Below the pieces are notes generated by a model. That model saw only the letters and a program-made list of their open reading frames with translations, did no database searches and had not been told where the DNA came from. This document shows, in pieces, positions 1 to 9,955 of a DNA stretch of 64,000 bases. Made by a program: the position numbers and the translations under genes. Numbering within the stretch: the stretch's first letter is position 1; the number at the start of each line of letters is the position of its first letter. This DNA is from an uncultured Alphaproteobacteria bacterium (GTDB lineage Bacteria; Pseudomonadota; Alphaproteobacteria; Rhizobiales; Beijerinckiaceae), in the NCBI GenBank assembly GCA_963704745.1, contig OY969936.1, positions 2,047,527 to 2,111,526 on the forward strand, in the 5' to 3' direction.

Positions 1-843
1 AAATATGATTCCGGGCGTGAGCATGGTTTGATCCAGATGACCCCTTTCGCTGCCGTCCAGCCAATAGGTGTTGTTGACCTCGAATTCGGGCCAGAAATAT
101 TTAGCGAAGTGATATTGAAAGGTGACATTGGTCGCCCAGGATTTACCGACAACGGATTCTTGTGATCCCGGGATCGCAAGAGCAGTGGTCGCCTGAATGT
201 CGAAATCGCCCCAGCCTTTACCGGCGAGGAGAGTCGGCGTGAAGACCCAGGGGCTTTGCGGCAGAGCCCCGGTCGCAAAGGCGGGTGCGCCCGTCGGTGC
301 GGTTGCGCCGAACATTAAGGACACGACATAATCGTCCTTATCGGCTGGGGAGCTGAGCAATCTTTGCTTGATGTTGAGAAAATTCCAATCCGTGGTCCCC
401 TGGTGCACGGATTGTATGACCCGGTCTTGATAGGCCGGCAGATTGATCAGCAATTCCGTCGTCGTCCAGGGGATGATTTCGAGGCCCTTACCGCCGTCGA
501 AGACAGTGGTCTGGGCGCCCCCCGCGCGCTCCTGCCAGAATTGATCATAACGGAATTCTTCTTCGAGCCGCGGCGTCACCGTTGCCAAGGGCGTCATCCA
601 GCCCGGCTGCGTCGCTTGGGCTTGGTGCACGCGGTCGTACCACGTCAAAAAATAATCGGTGAAGGGATCGCTTGCGACGGGGCTTGCGACGGGCAAGATG
701 GGTGCCGTATCGTCCTGCGGGGCCGACAAATCCGCCGCCAAAGCGCCACTTGCGCCTAAAAAAACGGCGATGCCGATTGCAGAGGCACGATGCAGCAGTG
801 GCTGCCGGATCGACTCATTCCTTGTAAGACACTTACCAGCCAT
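1..843 (-). CDS. Exported, probable outer-membrane beta-barrel/transporter-like protein (3' end runs off the window)
   Basis: Hand-translated open frame from ATG 843 (GGGGA upstream) to base 1: signal-like GIAVFLGASGALAA, then WYDRVHQAQATQPGWMTPLATVTPRLEEEFRYDQ...GKGWGDFDIQ...YFWPEFEVNNTYW. Not in the ORF track because it lacks a stop in the window. Confidence 0.7.
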   Translation of the reverse strand, partial: MAGKCLTRNESIRQPLLHRASAIGIAVFLGASGALAADLSAPQDDTAPILPVASPVASDPFTDYFLTWYDRVHQAQATQPGWMTPLATVTPRLEEEFRYDQFWQERAGGAQTTVFDGGKGLEIIPWTTTELLINLPAYQDRVIQSVHQGTTDWNFLNIKQRLLSSPADKDDYVVSLMFGATAPTGAPAFATGALPQSPWVFTPTLLAGKGWGDFDIQATTALAIPGSQESVVGKSWATNVTFQYHFAKYFWPEFEVNNTYWLDGSERGHLDQTMLTPGIIF

Positions 844-1152
844 TGTTATCCCCCGATTTTGGCCGGCCACGCAGATGTCGGGCCGGCAGCCCATGAGCAG
901 CAATATACTTTTCAATACAGTATCTGTGCCGATATGGCTAAGCGGGGCGGGGCGACATTAGAAAATTTTTATGACTGTTGCGCCGAAAGCACGCTCCTCC
1001 GGACGCGGAAGGCGGGCGGCCGGTTCAGCCTCGCCGAGCATGACGTCTCGACCGGCCATGAGTCCCATTCGCCTCATTCATAGCCCTGCCGGCCGGCGAG
1101 ACCGGCTCCACCTTTATCTCGTCCAGACAAAATCCCGGCGTGCTCGACGAGC

Positions 1153-1204
1153 TAGAGCATCGTTCAAGCGCAAAACCGCTCACACTTTTGCGCACGATGC
1201 TCTA
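1153..1204. repeat. MITE-like repeat copy 1 (solo 52-bp unit A)
   Basis: TAGAGCAT-cgttcaagcgcaaaaccgctcacacttttgcgcacg-ATGCTCTA, flanked by C and G; near-identical units at 2901, 14332 and 52515. Confidence 0.9.
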
Positions 1205-1359
1205 GGCTCCGTCAGCGCAAAGATTCGATCCCAACAGGGTTTCGATCTAGGATCGGGCCACCGCGATAAAGGCAGACCGGCTCTTCTGCCATGTCGTTGT
1301 CTTGGCCGAATAAAAGTCTTGTCTCATTGGCGCCGCGTGTCAGATCGATATTTTTGGAA

Positions 1360-1818
1360 TCACGCGGCGCGGCCATAGACGAAATTGGCGCGCGTCTCGA
1401 AGGCTTCGGCAAATTTGCGGAAGGCGGCATCGAACATGCCGCCGACGAGCAGCCCCAAGGCGCGGCTGCGGAATTCATAGGCGATGTCGAATTCGACAGT
1501 GCAGGAATGTTCCCCGGTCTCGACGAAGTGCCAATGATTCTCGAGATGCTTGAAGGGGCCGTCGACATATTCGACGAGGATCTCGAGCCGCGCAGGATCG
1601 CAGGTCACGCGGCTCGTAAACGTCTCGCGGATCGCCTTGTAGCCGACTTCCATATCCGCAATGAGCAGCTGTTTGCCATCTGCGGTCTCGCGGGTCTCGC
1701 GCAGCCGCAGGTCGCGGCAGAGCGGCAGAAATTTCGGATAGGACCGGACATCCGCGACGAGAGCGAACATCTCGGCGGCGGAATGCGAAACCCGGCGTTT
1801 GGTGCGAAACCTCGGCAT
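1360..1818 (-). CDS. ratA: RatA/COQ10 START-domain protein
   Basis: MFALVADVRSYPKFLPLC...VDGPFKHLENHWHF...FDIAYEFRS; usual position downstream of lipA. Confidence 0.85.
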   Translation of the reverse strand: MPRFRTKRRVSHSAAEMFALVADVRSYPKFLPLCRDLRLRETRETADGKQLLIADMEVGYKAIRETFTSRVTCDPARLEILVEYVDGPFKHLENHWHFVETGEHSCTVEFDIAYEFRSRALGLLVGGMFDAAFRKFAEAFETRANFVYGRAA

Positions 1819-1922
1819 GAGAGAACAATAGAGCGACGACGATTAAAATTCGATGCGGGGACCGTTCAGGGTCTTGCGAAATGATGCCGCAGCGCGACTA
1901 TGGGCGAGGACTGCGCCGGAAT

Positions 1923-2891
1923 TCAGCCCCCTGCCCGCTTCGCCTTGAGCTTGGCGAAATCCTCGCCGGCGTGATGCGAGGAGCGCGTCAAAGGCGAGGC
2001 CGAAACGAGCAGAAAGCCCTTCGCGCGGGCGACGCCCGCATAGGCTTCGAACTCCTCCGGCGGCACGAAGCAAACCACCGGATGATGCTTCTTCGTCGGT
2101 TGCAGATATTGGCCGATCGTCAGAAAATCAACATCGGCGCTGCGCAGATCATCCATCAGCTGGAGCACTTCGTGGCGTTCTTCGCCCAGCCCGAGCATGA
2201 TGCCGGATTTGGTGAAGATGTCGGCATCCTGCTCCTTGACCTGCTGCAGGAGCCGGACCGAATGGAAATAGCGCGCGCCGGGCCGCACGGTCAGATAACG
2301 GCCGGGGACCGTTTCCAGATTGTGATTGAAGACATCGGGCTTGGCGGCGACGACTTTTTCGAGCGCGCCGTCTTTGCGCAGAAAATCCGGGGTCAAGACC
2401 TCGATCGTCGTTCCCGGGCTCGCCCTGCGGATCGCCGCGATGACCTTGACGAAATGGTCGGCGCCACCATCGGCGAGATCGTCACGATCGACAGAGGTGA
2501 TGACGACATGGGCGAGGCCGAGCTTGGCGACCGCATCGGCGATGTGCGCCGGCTCGGAGGCATCGAGCGGCCGGGGCAGGCCCGTCCTGACATTGCAGAA
2601 GGCGCAGGCGCGCGTGCAGATGTCGCCCATGATCATGAAGGTCGCATGCCGCTTGGCCCAGCATTCGCCGATGTTGGGGCAGCCCGCCTCCTCGCAGACC
2701 GTCACGAGTTGATGATCCTTGACGATGGATTTGGTCGCCTCCCATTGGCCTGAACCCGGCGCCCTGACGCGGATCCAGGCCGGCTTTTTGGCGACGGGCT
2801 GGTCCGGCCGATGCGCCTTTTCGGGATGGCGCGGCGGAAGCGGCGGAGCGTCGTCAAGCGATTGTGGAGCTGAGGTCATTGATTTCACCAT
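1923..2891 (-). CDS. lipA: Lipoyl synthase
   Basis: [13 protein letters not shown] and CTRACAFC clusters, RSSHHA C-terminus; start placed at ATG 2891 because the longer ORF only reads through repeat copy 2. Confidence 0.97.
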   Translation of the reverse strand: MVKSMTSAPQSLDDAPPLPPRHPEKAHRPDQPVAKKPAWIRVRAPGSGQWEATKSIVKDHQLVTVCEEAGCPNIGECWAKRHATFMIMGDICTRACAFCNVRTGLPRPLDASEPAHIADAVAKLGLAHVVITSVDRDDLADGGADHFVKVIAAIRRASPGTTIEVLTPDFLRKDGALEKVVAAKPDVFNHNLETVPGRYLTVRPGARYFHSVRLLQQVKEQDADIFTKSGIMLGLGEERHEVLQLMDDLRSADVDFLTIGQYLQPTKKHHPVVCFVPPEEFEAYAGVARAKGFLLVSASPLTRSSHHAGEDFAKLKAKRAGG

Positions 2892-2900
2892 TGCCAACTC

Positions 2901-3016
2901 TAGAGCATCGTGCGCAAAAGTGTGAGCGGTTTTGCGCTTGAACGATGCTCTAGTTTTATGAATGTAGAGCATCTTGTCCGCCTTCAAGTGATTTCACTTG
3001 AAGGCGGGATGCTCTA
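2901..3016. repeat. MITE-like repeat copy 2 (unit A + spacer + unit B)
   Basis: Two TAGAGCAT...ATGCTCTA units (2901-2952, 2965-3016) with a 12-nt spacer; unit B holds the palindrome ccgccttcaagtg/cacttgaaggcgg. Confidence 0.92.
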
Positions 3017-3063
3017 GATTTCAAAGCGGCGCGGCGCAATGTGCCATTTGGGACCGAGTGACG

Positions 3064-3273
3064 ATGCCTTATGCCAGCAATTGGGACCTGCCGCCGTCCG
3101 TGCGCGATCATCTGCCCGAGCATGCGCAGGATATTTTTCGCGCCGCCTTCAACGCCGCCTATGCGGAATATGCCGGCGAGCGGCAGGAAGAAGCCGCTTT
3201 CCGCGTCGCCTGGGCGGCCGTCAAAAAGCAATATCACAAGATCGGCGACGTCTGGGTGCCCAAAGACGACTGA
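3064..3273 (+). CDS. chaB: ChaB family protein
   Basis: MPYASNWDLPPSVRDHLPEHAQDIFRAAFNAAY...AFRVAWAAVKKQYHK matches the ChaB signature. Confidence 0.9.
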   Translation: MPYASNWDLPPSVRDHLPEHAQDIFRAAFNAAYAEYAGERQEEAAFRVAWAAVKKQYHKIGDVWVPKDD

Positions 3274-3295
3274 CGGGCCACGGCCCATTTGTTCC

Positions 3296-4738
3296 TCACA
3301 TATGGATCACCCGCCCATAGGCGTCGAGGACGCTCTCATGCATCATTTCCGAGAGCGTCGGATGCGGGAAGATCGTCGCGATCAGCTCTTCTTCCGTCGT
3401 CTCGCAATTCATGGCGATGACGAAACCCTGGATCAATTCGGTGACTTCGGCGCCGACCATATGGGCGCCAAGCAGCTTTCCGGTCTTGGCATCGAAGATG
3501 GTTTTCACAAGCCCGTCCGGCTCACCGAGCGCGATCGCCTTGCCATTGCCGATGAAGGGGAAGCGGCCCACCCGTAGCTCATAGCCCGCAGCTTTCGCCT
3601 TCTCCTCGGTCAAGCCGACGGAAGCGATCTGCGGATTGCAATAGGTGCAGCCGGGAATCATCAACTTATCCATCGGATGCGGATTGAGGCCCGCTATCGC
3701 CTCGACGCAGATCACACCTTCATGCTCAGCCTTATGCGCAAGCATGGGCGGGCCGGCAACATCGCCGATGGCATAGAGGCCGGAAACATTGGTGCGGCCA
3801 TGGCCGTCGATGCCGATAATGCCGTGCTCGATCTTCACGCCGAGTTCTTCGAGGCCAAGATTTTCGACATTGCCCTGCACCCCGACGGCGGAAATCATCC
3901 GCTCGGCTGAAAGCGTCTGCGTCGCGCCCTTCTCGTCGGCGAGTGTGACGACAATCCCTTGCGCCTGCTTTTCCGCCTTCGTCGCTCTGGTAGAGGTCAG
4001 GATCTTGATGCCCTGTTTCTCGAAGCGCTTGCGGGCATGGGCGGCGATCTCCGCGTCTTCGACCGGCAGGATCTGCGGCAGAAGTTCGACGATCGTCACT
4101 TCCGTGCCGAGCGTATGATAGAAGGAGGCGAATTCGACGCCGATCGCGCCGGAGCCGAGAACGATGAGGCTCTTCGGAAATTGGGGCGGCACCATCGCCT
4201 CGAAATAGGTCCAGATGAATTTCCCGTCCGGCTCGAGGCCCGGCAGAATGCGTGGCCGGGCGCCGGTGGCGACGATGATATGTTTCGCCTGATATACGCC
4301 CGGCGGAAGGATACCTTTCGGCGCCGGATGCTGGGGCTGCATCGCCTTCTTCTGCGAAGCCGTGACAGCGACTTCACCGATCTTGCTGATCTTCGCCTCG
4401 CCCCAGATCACATCGACCTTGTTCTTCTTCAAGAGAAAGCCGACGCCATTGTTCAATTGCCCGGAAACGTCGCGCGATCTTTTGACGATTGCGGCGGGAT
4501 CGAAGCCGCGTTTGCCTTCGATCGTGAGGCCGTAATCCTTCGCGTGCTGGGCATAATGATAAATTTCCGCCGAGCGCAGCAGCGCCTTGGTCGGAATGCA
4601 GCCCCAGTTGAGGCAGATGCCGCCCAAATGCTCGCGCTCGACGACGGCCGTCTTCAGGCCGAGCTGCGCAGCGCGGATCGCAGCCACATAGCCGCCCGGC
4701 CCGCCGCCGATAATGAGGATGTCGTAAGGATCAGACAT
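3296..4738 (-). CDS. lpdA: Dihydrolipoyl dehydrogenase (E3)
   Basis: MSDPYDILIIGGGPGGYVAA, GGICLNWGCIPTK disulfide motif, HPTLSE; start at ATG 4738. Confidence 0.97.
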   Translation of the reverse strand: MSDPYDILIIGGGPGGYVAAIRAAQLGLKTAVVEREHLGGICLNWGCIPTKALLRSAEIYHYAQHAKDYGLTIEGKRGFDPAAIVKRSRDVSGQLNNGVGFLLKKNKVDVIWGEAKISKIGEVAVTASQKKAMQPQHPAPKGILPPGVYQAKHIIVATGARPRILPGLEPDGKFIWTYFEAMVPPQFPKSLIVLGSGAIGVEFASFYHTLGTEVTIVELLPQILPVEDAEIAAHARKRFEKQGIKILTSTRATKAEKQAQGIVVTLADEKGATQTLSAERMISAVGVQGNVENLGLEELGVKIEHGIIGIDGHGRTNVSGLYAIGDVAGPPMLAHKAEHEGVICVEAIAGLNPHPMDKLMIPGCTYCNPQIASVGLTEEKAKAAGYELRVGRFPFIGNGKAIALGEPDGLVKTIFDAKTGKLLGAHMVGAEVTELIQGFVIAMNCETTEEELIATIFPHPTLSEMMHESVLDAYGRVIHM

Positions 4739-5165
4739 GAGGATCTCGCTCTTCCCCTCCCCCTTGTGGGGAGGGGTCAGGGGTGGGGGTTCGTTCAAAT
4801 GCAGCCGCGATCGTGTCAGGCACACTATCGATCGCCGTGATCACATCGTGATTTGAAAAGCGGAGAATGCGATAGCCTTGCAATTCGAGATAGGATGTTC
4901 GCACCGCGTCTCGTGCAATCGATGCGTCATCGCCGTGCTGATTGCCATCGACCTCGATAATCAATTTCCCAGCATGCGAACAGAAATCGGCTATATAGGA
5001 TCCTATGCAGACTTGCCGTCTAAAGTGGGTCTTTTCGAGCGGAAGCCGCCAGCGCAGAGCCTTCCAAAGCTTGCGTTCCGGCTCGGTGATCTCACGCCGC
5101 ATTGCTTTGGCGAATGCAGCCTGACGCGGCGCTATGCTCGTTCGGTCAGCTCGCTTGACGCTCAT
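4731..5165 (-). CDS. DUF559 / Vsr-like endonuclease-domain protein
   Basis: MRREITEPERKLWKAL...FRRQVCIGSYIADF...LIIEVDGNQH...RTSYLELQGYRILRFSNHDV; stop overlaps the lpdA start (ATGTCTGA). Confidence 0.88.
   Translation of the reverse strand: MSVKRADRTSIAPRQAAFAKAMRREITEPERKLWKALRWRLPLEKTHFRRQVCIGSYIADFCSHAGKLIIEVDGNQHGDDASIARDAVRTSYLELQGYRILRFSNHDVITAIDSVPDTIAAAFERTPTPDPSPQGGGEERDPHV
4752..4789. repeat. Left REP-like inverted repeat of the DUF559 cassette
   Basis: ttcccctcccccttgtggggaggggtcaggggtggggg; reverse complement of 5170-5206 with 1 mismatch over 37 nt; internal CCCCTCCCC/GGGGAGGGG hairpin. Confidence 0.92.
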
Positions 5166-5169
5166 CGAT

Positions 5170-5206
5170 CCCCACCCCTAACCCCTCCCCACAAGGGGGA
5201 GGGGAA
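5170..5206. repeat. Right REP-like inverted repeat of the DUF559 cassette
   Basis: ccccacccctaacccctccccacaagggggaggggaa, between the DUF559 ATG (5165) and the pdhC stop (5215). Confidence 0.92.
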
Positions 5207-5214
5207 AATGCGCG

Positions 5215-6525
5215 TCACACCAGCATCGCAACCGGATTTTCGATGTAGCGCTTGAAGGCGGCGATCAGCTCGGCGCCTTTGGCGCCATCCATGGCGCGAT
5301 GATCGCAGGTGATCGTCGCGCTCATCATATTGGCGATGGTGATCGCGCCGTTGCGCACGATCGGGCGCTGCTCGCCCATGCCGATCGCCAGGATCGAGGA
5401 TTGCGGCGGATTGATCACTGCGCAGAAATCCTTGATCCCATACATGCCGAGATTGGAAATCGCGCTGGTGCCGCCCTGATATTCCTCCGGCTTCAATCTG
5501 CGACCTTTGGCGCGGGCGGCGAGCTCCTTCATCGTATCGGAAATCGCCGACAAGCTCAGCGTGTCGGCTGCCCGCACGATCGGGGTGATGAGCCCGTCGG
5601 GGATAGCGACCGCGACCGCCACATCGGCGTGATGATGATGCAGCATGGAATTTTCGGTGAAGGTCACATTGGCGCCGGGAACGGCAACGAGCGCCAAGGC
5701 CAAAGCCTTGATCACCATGTCATTGACCGAGATTTTGAAGGCCGGCGTGCCGTCCTTGGCCTTGGGCGCGGCCTTGTTGACGTCTTCGCGCAGTTTCAAC
5801 AGAGCGTCGATCTCGCAATCGACGGTGAGATAGAATTGCGGGATCGCCTGATTGGCCTCGCTCAGCCGCCTTGCGATCGTCCGGCGCATATTGTCATGCG
5901 GGACTTCCGTATAGCTTCCCGGCGCGAAATAGCTCTTGATCGCCGCCTCGGCGAGCGACGGCGGCAGCATGGGCGCCGGCGTCTGCCGAAGCGCGGGCCC
6001 CGCGGCGAGCGCCGCCTTCACATCGCGTTCGATGATGCGGCCATGCGGGCCGGAGCCTGTCATCCGCGCGAGCTCAACGCCGGCATCCTTGGCGATCCGG
6101 CGCGCCAGAGGCGAAGCAAACAAAGGTTGCGCCGTTCCCGGCTTAGGCTGTGACGCAACCTGGCTCAAGCCCGGCGCTGCACGCGGCGGGGCAGCAGAAG
6201 CCGGTGGCGGCGCGGGAGCCGGCGCGGTGGGCGCTGGCACCGGCGCGCCTTTCGCCGGAGCCCTGATGCTCTTCGCATCCTCGCCTTCGCCGGCGATCAC
6301 CGCGATCACATCATTGACCGGCACGTCGGCCGTGCCTTCCGGCACGAGGATCTTGGCGAGCACGCCCTCATCGACCGCCTCGACCTCCATCGTCGCCTTG
6401 TCGGTCTCGATCTCGGCCAAAACGTCACCGGATTTTACGTGATCGCCTTCCTTCTTCAGCCATTTGGCGAGATTGCCCTTTTCCATGGTCGGCGACAGCG
6501 CGGGCATGAGGACGTTTATGGGCAT
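5215..6525 (-). CDS. pdhC: Pyruvate dehydrogenase E2, dihydrolipoamide acetyltransferase
   Basis: [17 protein letters not shown], lipoyl motif [16 protein letters not shown]3-binding domain, catalytic DHRAMDGA. Confidence 0.97.
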   Translation of the reverse strand: MPINVLMPALSPTMEKGNLAKWLKKEGDHVKSGDVLAEIETDKATMEVEAVDEGVLAKILVPEGTADVPVNDVIAVIAGEGEDAKSIRAPAKGAPVPAPTAPAPAPPPASAAPPRAAPGLSQVASQPKPGTAQPLFASPLARRIAKDAGVELARMTGSGPHGRIIERDVKAALAAGPALRQTPAPMLPPSLAEAAIKSYFAPGSYTEVPHDNMRRTIARRLSEANQAIPQFYLTVDCEIDALLKLREDVNKAAPKAKDGTPAFKISVNDMVIKALALALVAVPGANVTFTENSMLHHHHADVAVAVAIPDGLITPIVRAADTLSLSAISDTMKELAARAKGRRLKPEEYQGGTSAISNLGMYGIKDFCAVINPPQSSILAIGMGEQRPIVRNGAITIANMMSATITCDHRAMDGAKGAELIAAFKRYIENPVAMLV

Positions 6526-6578
6526 TGGCAATTCACCTTTTCCGGCTTCGCCATTTTTTGCGTAGCACCTACTGCTGC

Positions 6579-7979
6579 TCAAGATTTGTAGCAAACCGCT
6601 TTCGCCGCTGCGATCACATCGCCGACGCTCGGCAAAGCGAGCTTTTCGAGATTGGCGGCATAGGGCATGGGGACGTCGCGGCCGGTGATCCTGATCACCG
6701 GCGCGTCGAGATAATCGAAGGCCTCGTTCATCAGCCGCGCGATGATCTCCGCGCCTATGCCGCATTGCGGCCAGCCTTCCTCGATCGTGACGCAGCGGCC
6801 GGTCTTCTTCACCGAGGCGATGATCGTCGTCTCGTCCAGCGGGCGCAAGGTCCGCAGATCGATGACCTCGGCATCGATCCCTTCCTTGGCTAATTCTTCG
6901 GCAGCCTTCAGCGTATAGCTCATGCCGATGCCGAAGGAGACGAGCGTCACGTCGGCTCCTTGCCGCGCGATGCGCGCCTGGCCGATCGGCACGAGATAAT
7001 CCTCGATTTGCGGCACTTCGAATGTGTGGCCGTAGAGAATCTCGTTTTCGAGAAAGATCACCGGATTTGGATCGCGGATCGCGCTCTTCAAAAGTCCTTT
7101 GGCATCGGCCGCAGTGAAGGGCACGACGACCTTCAGCCCCGGCACATGCGAAAACCAGGCGCTGTAATCCTGGCTGTGCTGCGCGGCGACGCGGGCTGCT
7201 GCGCCATTCGGGCCGCGAAAGACGATCGGGCAGCTCATCTGGCCGCCCGACATATAATGCGTCTTGGCGGCCGAATTGATGAGCTGATCCATCGCCTGCA
7301 TGGCGAAATTGAAGGTCATGAATTCGACGATCGGCCGCAAGCCCGCCATGGCGGCGCCGATGCCGAGGCCGGCGAAGCCATGTTCGGTGATCGGCGTGTC
7401 GACGACGCGGCGAGTGCCGAATTCCTCCAACAGGCCCTGGGTGACCTTATAGGCGCCCTGATATTCGGCGACCTCCTCGCCCATCACGAAGACGCTTTCG
7501 TCGCGGCGCATCTCCTCGGCCATGGCATCGCGCAAGGCTTCGCGGACTGTCATGGGGACCATTCGCGTGCCGGCGGGCACAAGAGGCTCGGCCGCGGGCG
7601 GCGTCACCATGGGCACGACAGCGGGCGAAGGTTGCGGCGGCGCCGTCTCCGGCGCGGGCGTGACGGGCCTTGCAGGAACGGCCACGACCGATCCAGCGGA
7701 GGGCGCGGCCGCAGTCTGCGCTGCAGCGATCGGCTCGCCATCGGCTGTAATGACGCCGATCAGGCTGTTCACCGCGACATTTTCAGTGCCTTCCGGCACG
7801 ACGATCCTGGCGAGCGTGCCGTCATCGATGGCCTCGACCTCCATCGTCGCCTTGTCGGTCTCGATCTCGGCGAGCACATCGCCGGATTTGACCTTGTCGC
7901 CCTCCTTCTTCAGCCATTTGGCGAGCTTGCCCTGTTCCATCGTCGGCGACAGCGCCGGCATCAAAATATTGGTCGGCAT
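6579..7979 (-). CDS. pdhB: Pyruvate dehydrogenase E1 beta subunit with N-terminal lipoyl domain
   Basis: Lipoyl domain (ETDKAT), [37 protein letters not shown]. Confidence 0.97.
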   Translation of the reverse strand: MPTNILMPALSPTMEQGKLAKWLKKEGDKVKSGDVLAEIETDKATMEVEAIDDGTLARIVVPEGTENVAVNSLIGVITADGEPIAAAQTAAAPSAGSVVAVPARPVTPAPETAPPQPSPAVVPMVTPPAAEPLVPAGTRMVPMTVREALRDAMAEEMRRDESVFVMGEEVAEYQGAYKVTQGLLEEFGTRRVVDTPITEHGFAGLGIGAAMAGLRPIVEFMTFNFAMQAMDQLINSAAKTHYMSGGQMSCPIVFRGPNGAAARVAAQHSQDYSAWFSHVPGLKVVVPFTAADAKGLLKSAIRDPNPVIFLENEILYGHTFEVPQIEDYLVPIGQARIARQGADVTLVSFGIGMSYTLKAAEELAKEGIDAEVIDLRTLRPLDETTIIASVKKTGRCVTIEEGWPQCGIGAEIIARLMNEAFDYLDAPVIRITGRDVPMPYAANLEKLALPSVGDVIAAAKAVCYKS

Positions 7980-7991
7980 GAGCGGCCCGCC

Positions 7992-9023
7992 TCAGAGCAA
8001 TACATCGGTATAAAGTTCGGATGGATCGGGTTCGGGATCATGGGTCGCGAATTCCGCGGCCTCCGCCACGATCGCGCGCACGGAGACGTCGATCTCTTTC
8101 AATGTCTCTTCATCGGTCGATTTGGTGCGGAGAAGCCGCGCCCGGACCTGCTCGATCGGATCATGTTCTTCGCGCATCTTCTGGACTTCTTCCTTGGATC
8201 GATATTTCGCCGGGTCGGACATGGAATGGCCGCGATAGCGATAGGTCTGCATTTCGAGGATGATCGGCCCCTTTCCCGCCCGGCACCACAAGGCCGCCTC
8301 GCGCGCCGCCGCCGTGACGGCGCGGACATCCATGCCGTCCACGCGTTCGCCGGGGATGTTGAAAGAGGTGCCGCGCTTCGAGAGATCGGTGACTGCCGAG
8401 GCCCGCTTCACCGATGTGCCCATCGCATAAAGGTTGTTCTCGATCACAAAGACGACCGGCAGTTTCCAGAGCTCCGCCATATTGAAGCTCTCATAGACCT
8501 GGCCCTGATTGGCCGCGCCGTCGCCGAAATAGGTGAAGGAGACATTGTCATTGCCGCGATAGCGATCGGCGAAAGCGAGCCCGGTGCCGATCGGCACTTG
8601 CGCGCCGACGATGCCGTGCCCGCCGAAGAAATTCTTGGCCCGCGAAAACATATGCATCGAGCCGCCCTTGCCTTTCGACTGGCCGCCGCGGCGTCCGGTG
8701 AGTTCCGCCATCACCGCTTTCGGGTCGATACCGCAGGCGAGCATATGGCCGTGATCGCGATAGCCGGTGATCGTCTGATCGCCCGGCTTTGCCGCCCGCA
8801 TCATGCCGACGACCACCGCCTCCTGGCCGATATAGAGATGGCAGAAGCCGCCGATGAGCCCCATGCCATACATTTGCCCGGCCTTCTCCTCGAAACGGCG
8901 GATCAGCAACATGTCCCGATAGGCGGAGAGCTCCTCTTCGAGGGTGAATTCGGCGGGTTTGGTGGCTGGGACAGGAGCTTCCGGCACGGCCGGCTTACTA
9001 GTTGGGTTTGACGCGACTGCCAT
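7992..9023 (-). CDS. pdhA: Pyruvate dehydrogenase E1 alpha subunit
   Basis: GFCHLYIGQEAV, GKGGSMHM, TPP motif GDGAANQG...ENN, YRYRGHSMSDP; start at ATG 9023. Confidence 0.97.
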   Translation of the reverse strand: MAVASNPTSKPAVPEAPVPATKPAEFTLEEELSAYRDMLLIRRFEEKAGQMYGMGLIGGFCHLYIGQEAVVVGMMRAAKPGDQTITGYRDHGHMLACGIDPKAVMAELTGRRGGQSKGKGGSMHMFSRAKNFFGGHGIVGAQVPIGTGLAFADRYRGNDNVSFTYFGDGAANQGQVYESFNMAELWKLPVVFVIENNLYAMGTSVKRASAVTDLSKRGTSFNIPGERVDGMDVRAVTAAAREAALWCRAGKGPIILEMQTYRYRGHSMSDPAKYRSKEEVQKMREEHDPIEQVRARLLRTKSTDEETLKEIDVSVRAIVAEAAEFATHDPEPDPSELYTDVLL

Positions 9024-9335
9024 TGCAAATCCCTTCCTGGATGCCGGCATAAATACTGTGGGACGACGGCAATGGCGAGCTGCCAAAGGTTGCATCGCGA
9101 CCGGCCGCTGCCGAAAACCGAAACATACCGCTTTATGGCCACTTAGCCAGGGCGGGCCAGCCGCGATCCGGCAGATTGGCGGCCCTTGCCCCGCGGCTGC
9201 CCCGGAAGACGCGCGCCGGGCGGCGAAAAGCCTATCGCGCCATGGGTTTCAGTCATGTGACACGCGCCGCTGCCGGCGAGCACCCGGCTCCGGCCTGGAA
9301 GCGCCGGGCCAGTCCATGCCGACGGCATCGGCAAG

Positions 9336-9659
9336 TCAGGGTGTCGGAGGGTCGAAGATGATGACGAGGTCGTTCTTCCCGACGCTGCCGAGCCGCGCCT
9401 CCGCCTCTTCCCGGAGGAGATCCTCATCGATCGTTTCACCGCGCAGCAGATTGACTTTTCGCTGCCAACGCTGGCGATCGGCCTTCAGATCCGCGAGCTC
9501 GCCGCGCAAAGTCGCAATCTTGCGCGCGTAATATTCGCTGGTCTTGAGACCGCGCTCGCCATTGACGGCATGCCAGACGAAATAGCCGCCGATGGCGGCA
9601 GAAAGGCAATAGAGCAGCAGAGGATAGAGAATGGCGCGAAGACGCCTGCGGACAACCAT
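9336..9659 (-). CDS. ftsB: Septum formation initiator FtsB/DivIC
   Basis: MVVRRRLRAILYP, one TM helix, GERGL, coiled coil, DEDLLREEAEARLG; usual position upstream of pdhA. Confidence 0.85.
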   Translation of the reverse strand: MVVRRRLRAILYPLLLYCLSAAIGGYFVWHAVNGERGLKTSEYYARKIATLRGELADLKADRQRWQRKVNLLRGETIDEDLLREEAEARLGSVGKNDLVIIFDPPTP

Positions 9660-9682
9660 TGCCACACAGTCGCCGATCCGGG

Positions 9683-9697
9683 TTAGCGATCGCTTAA
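9683..9697. promoter_or_regulatory. Candidate CtrA box upstream of ftsB
   Basis: Minus strand TTAA-gcgatcg-CTAA(C), one mismatch from TTAA-N7-TTAA, 24-38 nt upstream of the ftsB ATG. Confidence 0.4.
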
Positions 9698-9786
9698 GCC
9701 CGAATCGAAAGTGGTGGCGGCCGGGAGATCGCCCTTGCGGAAAGAGGCTTCGCTGGACGCCGGCCGAGCGAGCCTGCAACGGCCAC

Positions 9787-9814
9787 AAAAAAGCCGCCCC
9801 TTATGGTGGCGGCT
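9787..9814 (-). terminator. Rho-independent terminator downstream of pqqA
   Basis: Minus strand agccgcc-accataagg-ggcggct followed by a T run (AAAAAA at 9787-9792 on plus). Confidence 0.7.
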
Positions 9815-9955
9815 CATGCGCTTCCGCATCGCTTCGCGGCGGGAGCCCGCCGAAACTTCTCACGCCGCCGCCCCGCCGGGTGATCCCGAGCGGGGCTGAC
9901 AGCCCGGTTCAGACGTATCGCCGTCCGGCGTCGAAGGCGCCGCCGCCGCGCAGCT

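Noticed and set aside
2892-2987. N-terminal extension of LipA in the ORF track (also [16 protein letters not shown] in ORF 971-1378)
   Set aside because: It is a translation of the MITE-like repeat, not protein sequence.
6960-9011. 683-aa plus-strand ORF and similar long ORFs (1881-2753, 3959-4840, 9909-11699, 54312-55316, 57079-58302, 61486-62769)
   Set aside because: Antisense shadows of well-supported genes, common in high-GC DNA; no motifs.
9815-9955. GC-rich hairpins downstream of pqqA as a riboswitch or sRNA
   Set aside because: No match to TPP, cobalamin, SAM or FMN consensus by eye; noted only as a structured 3' region.
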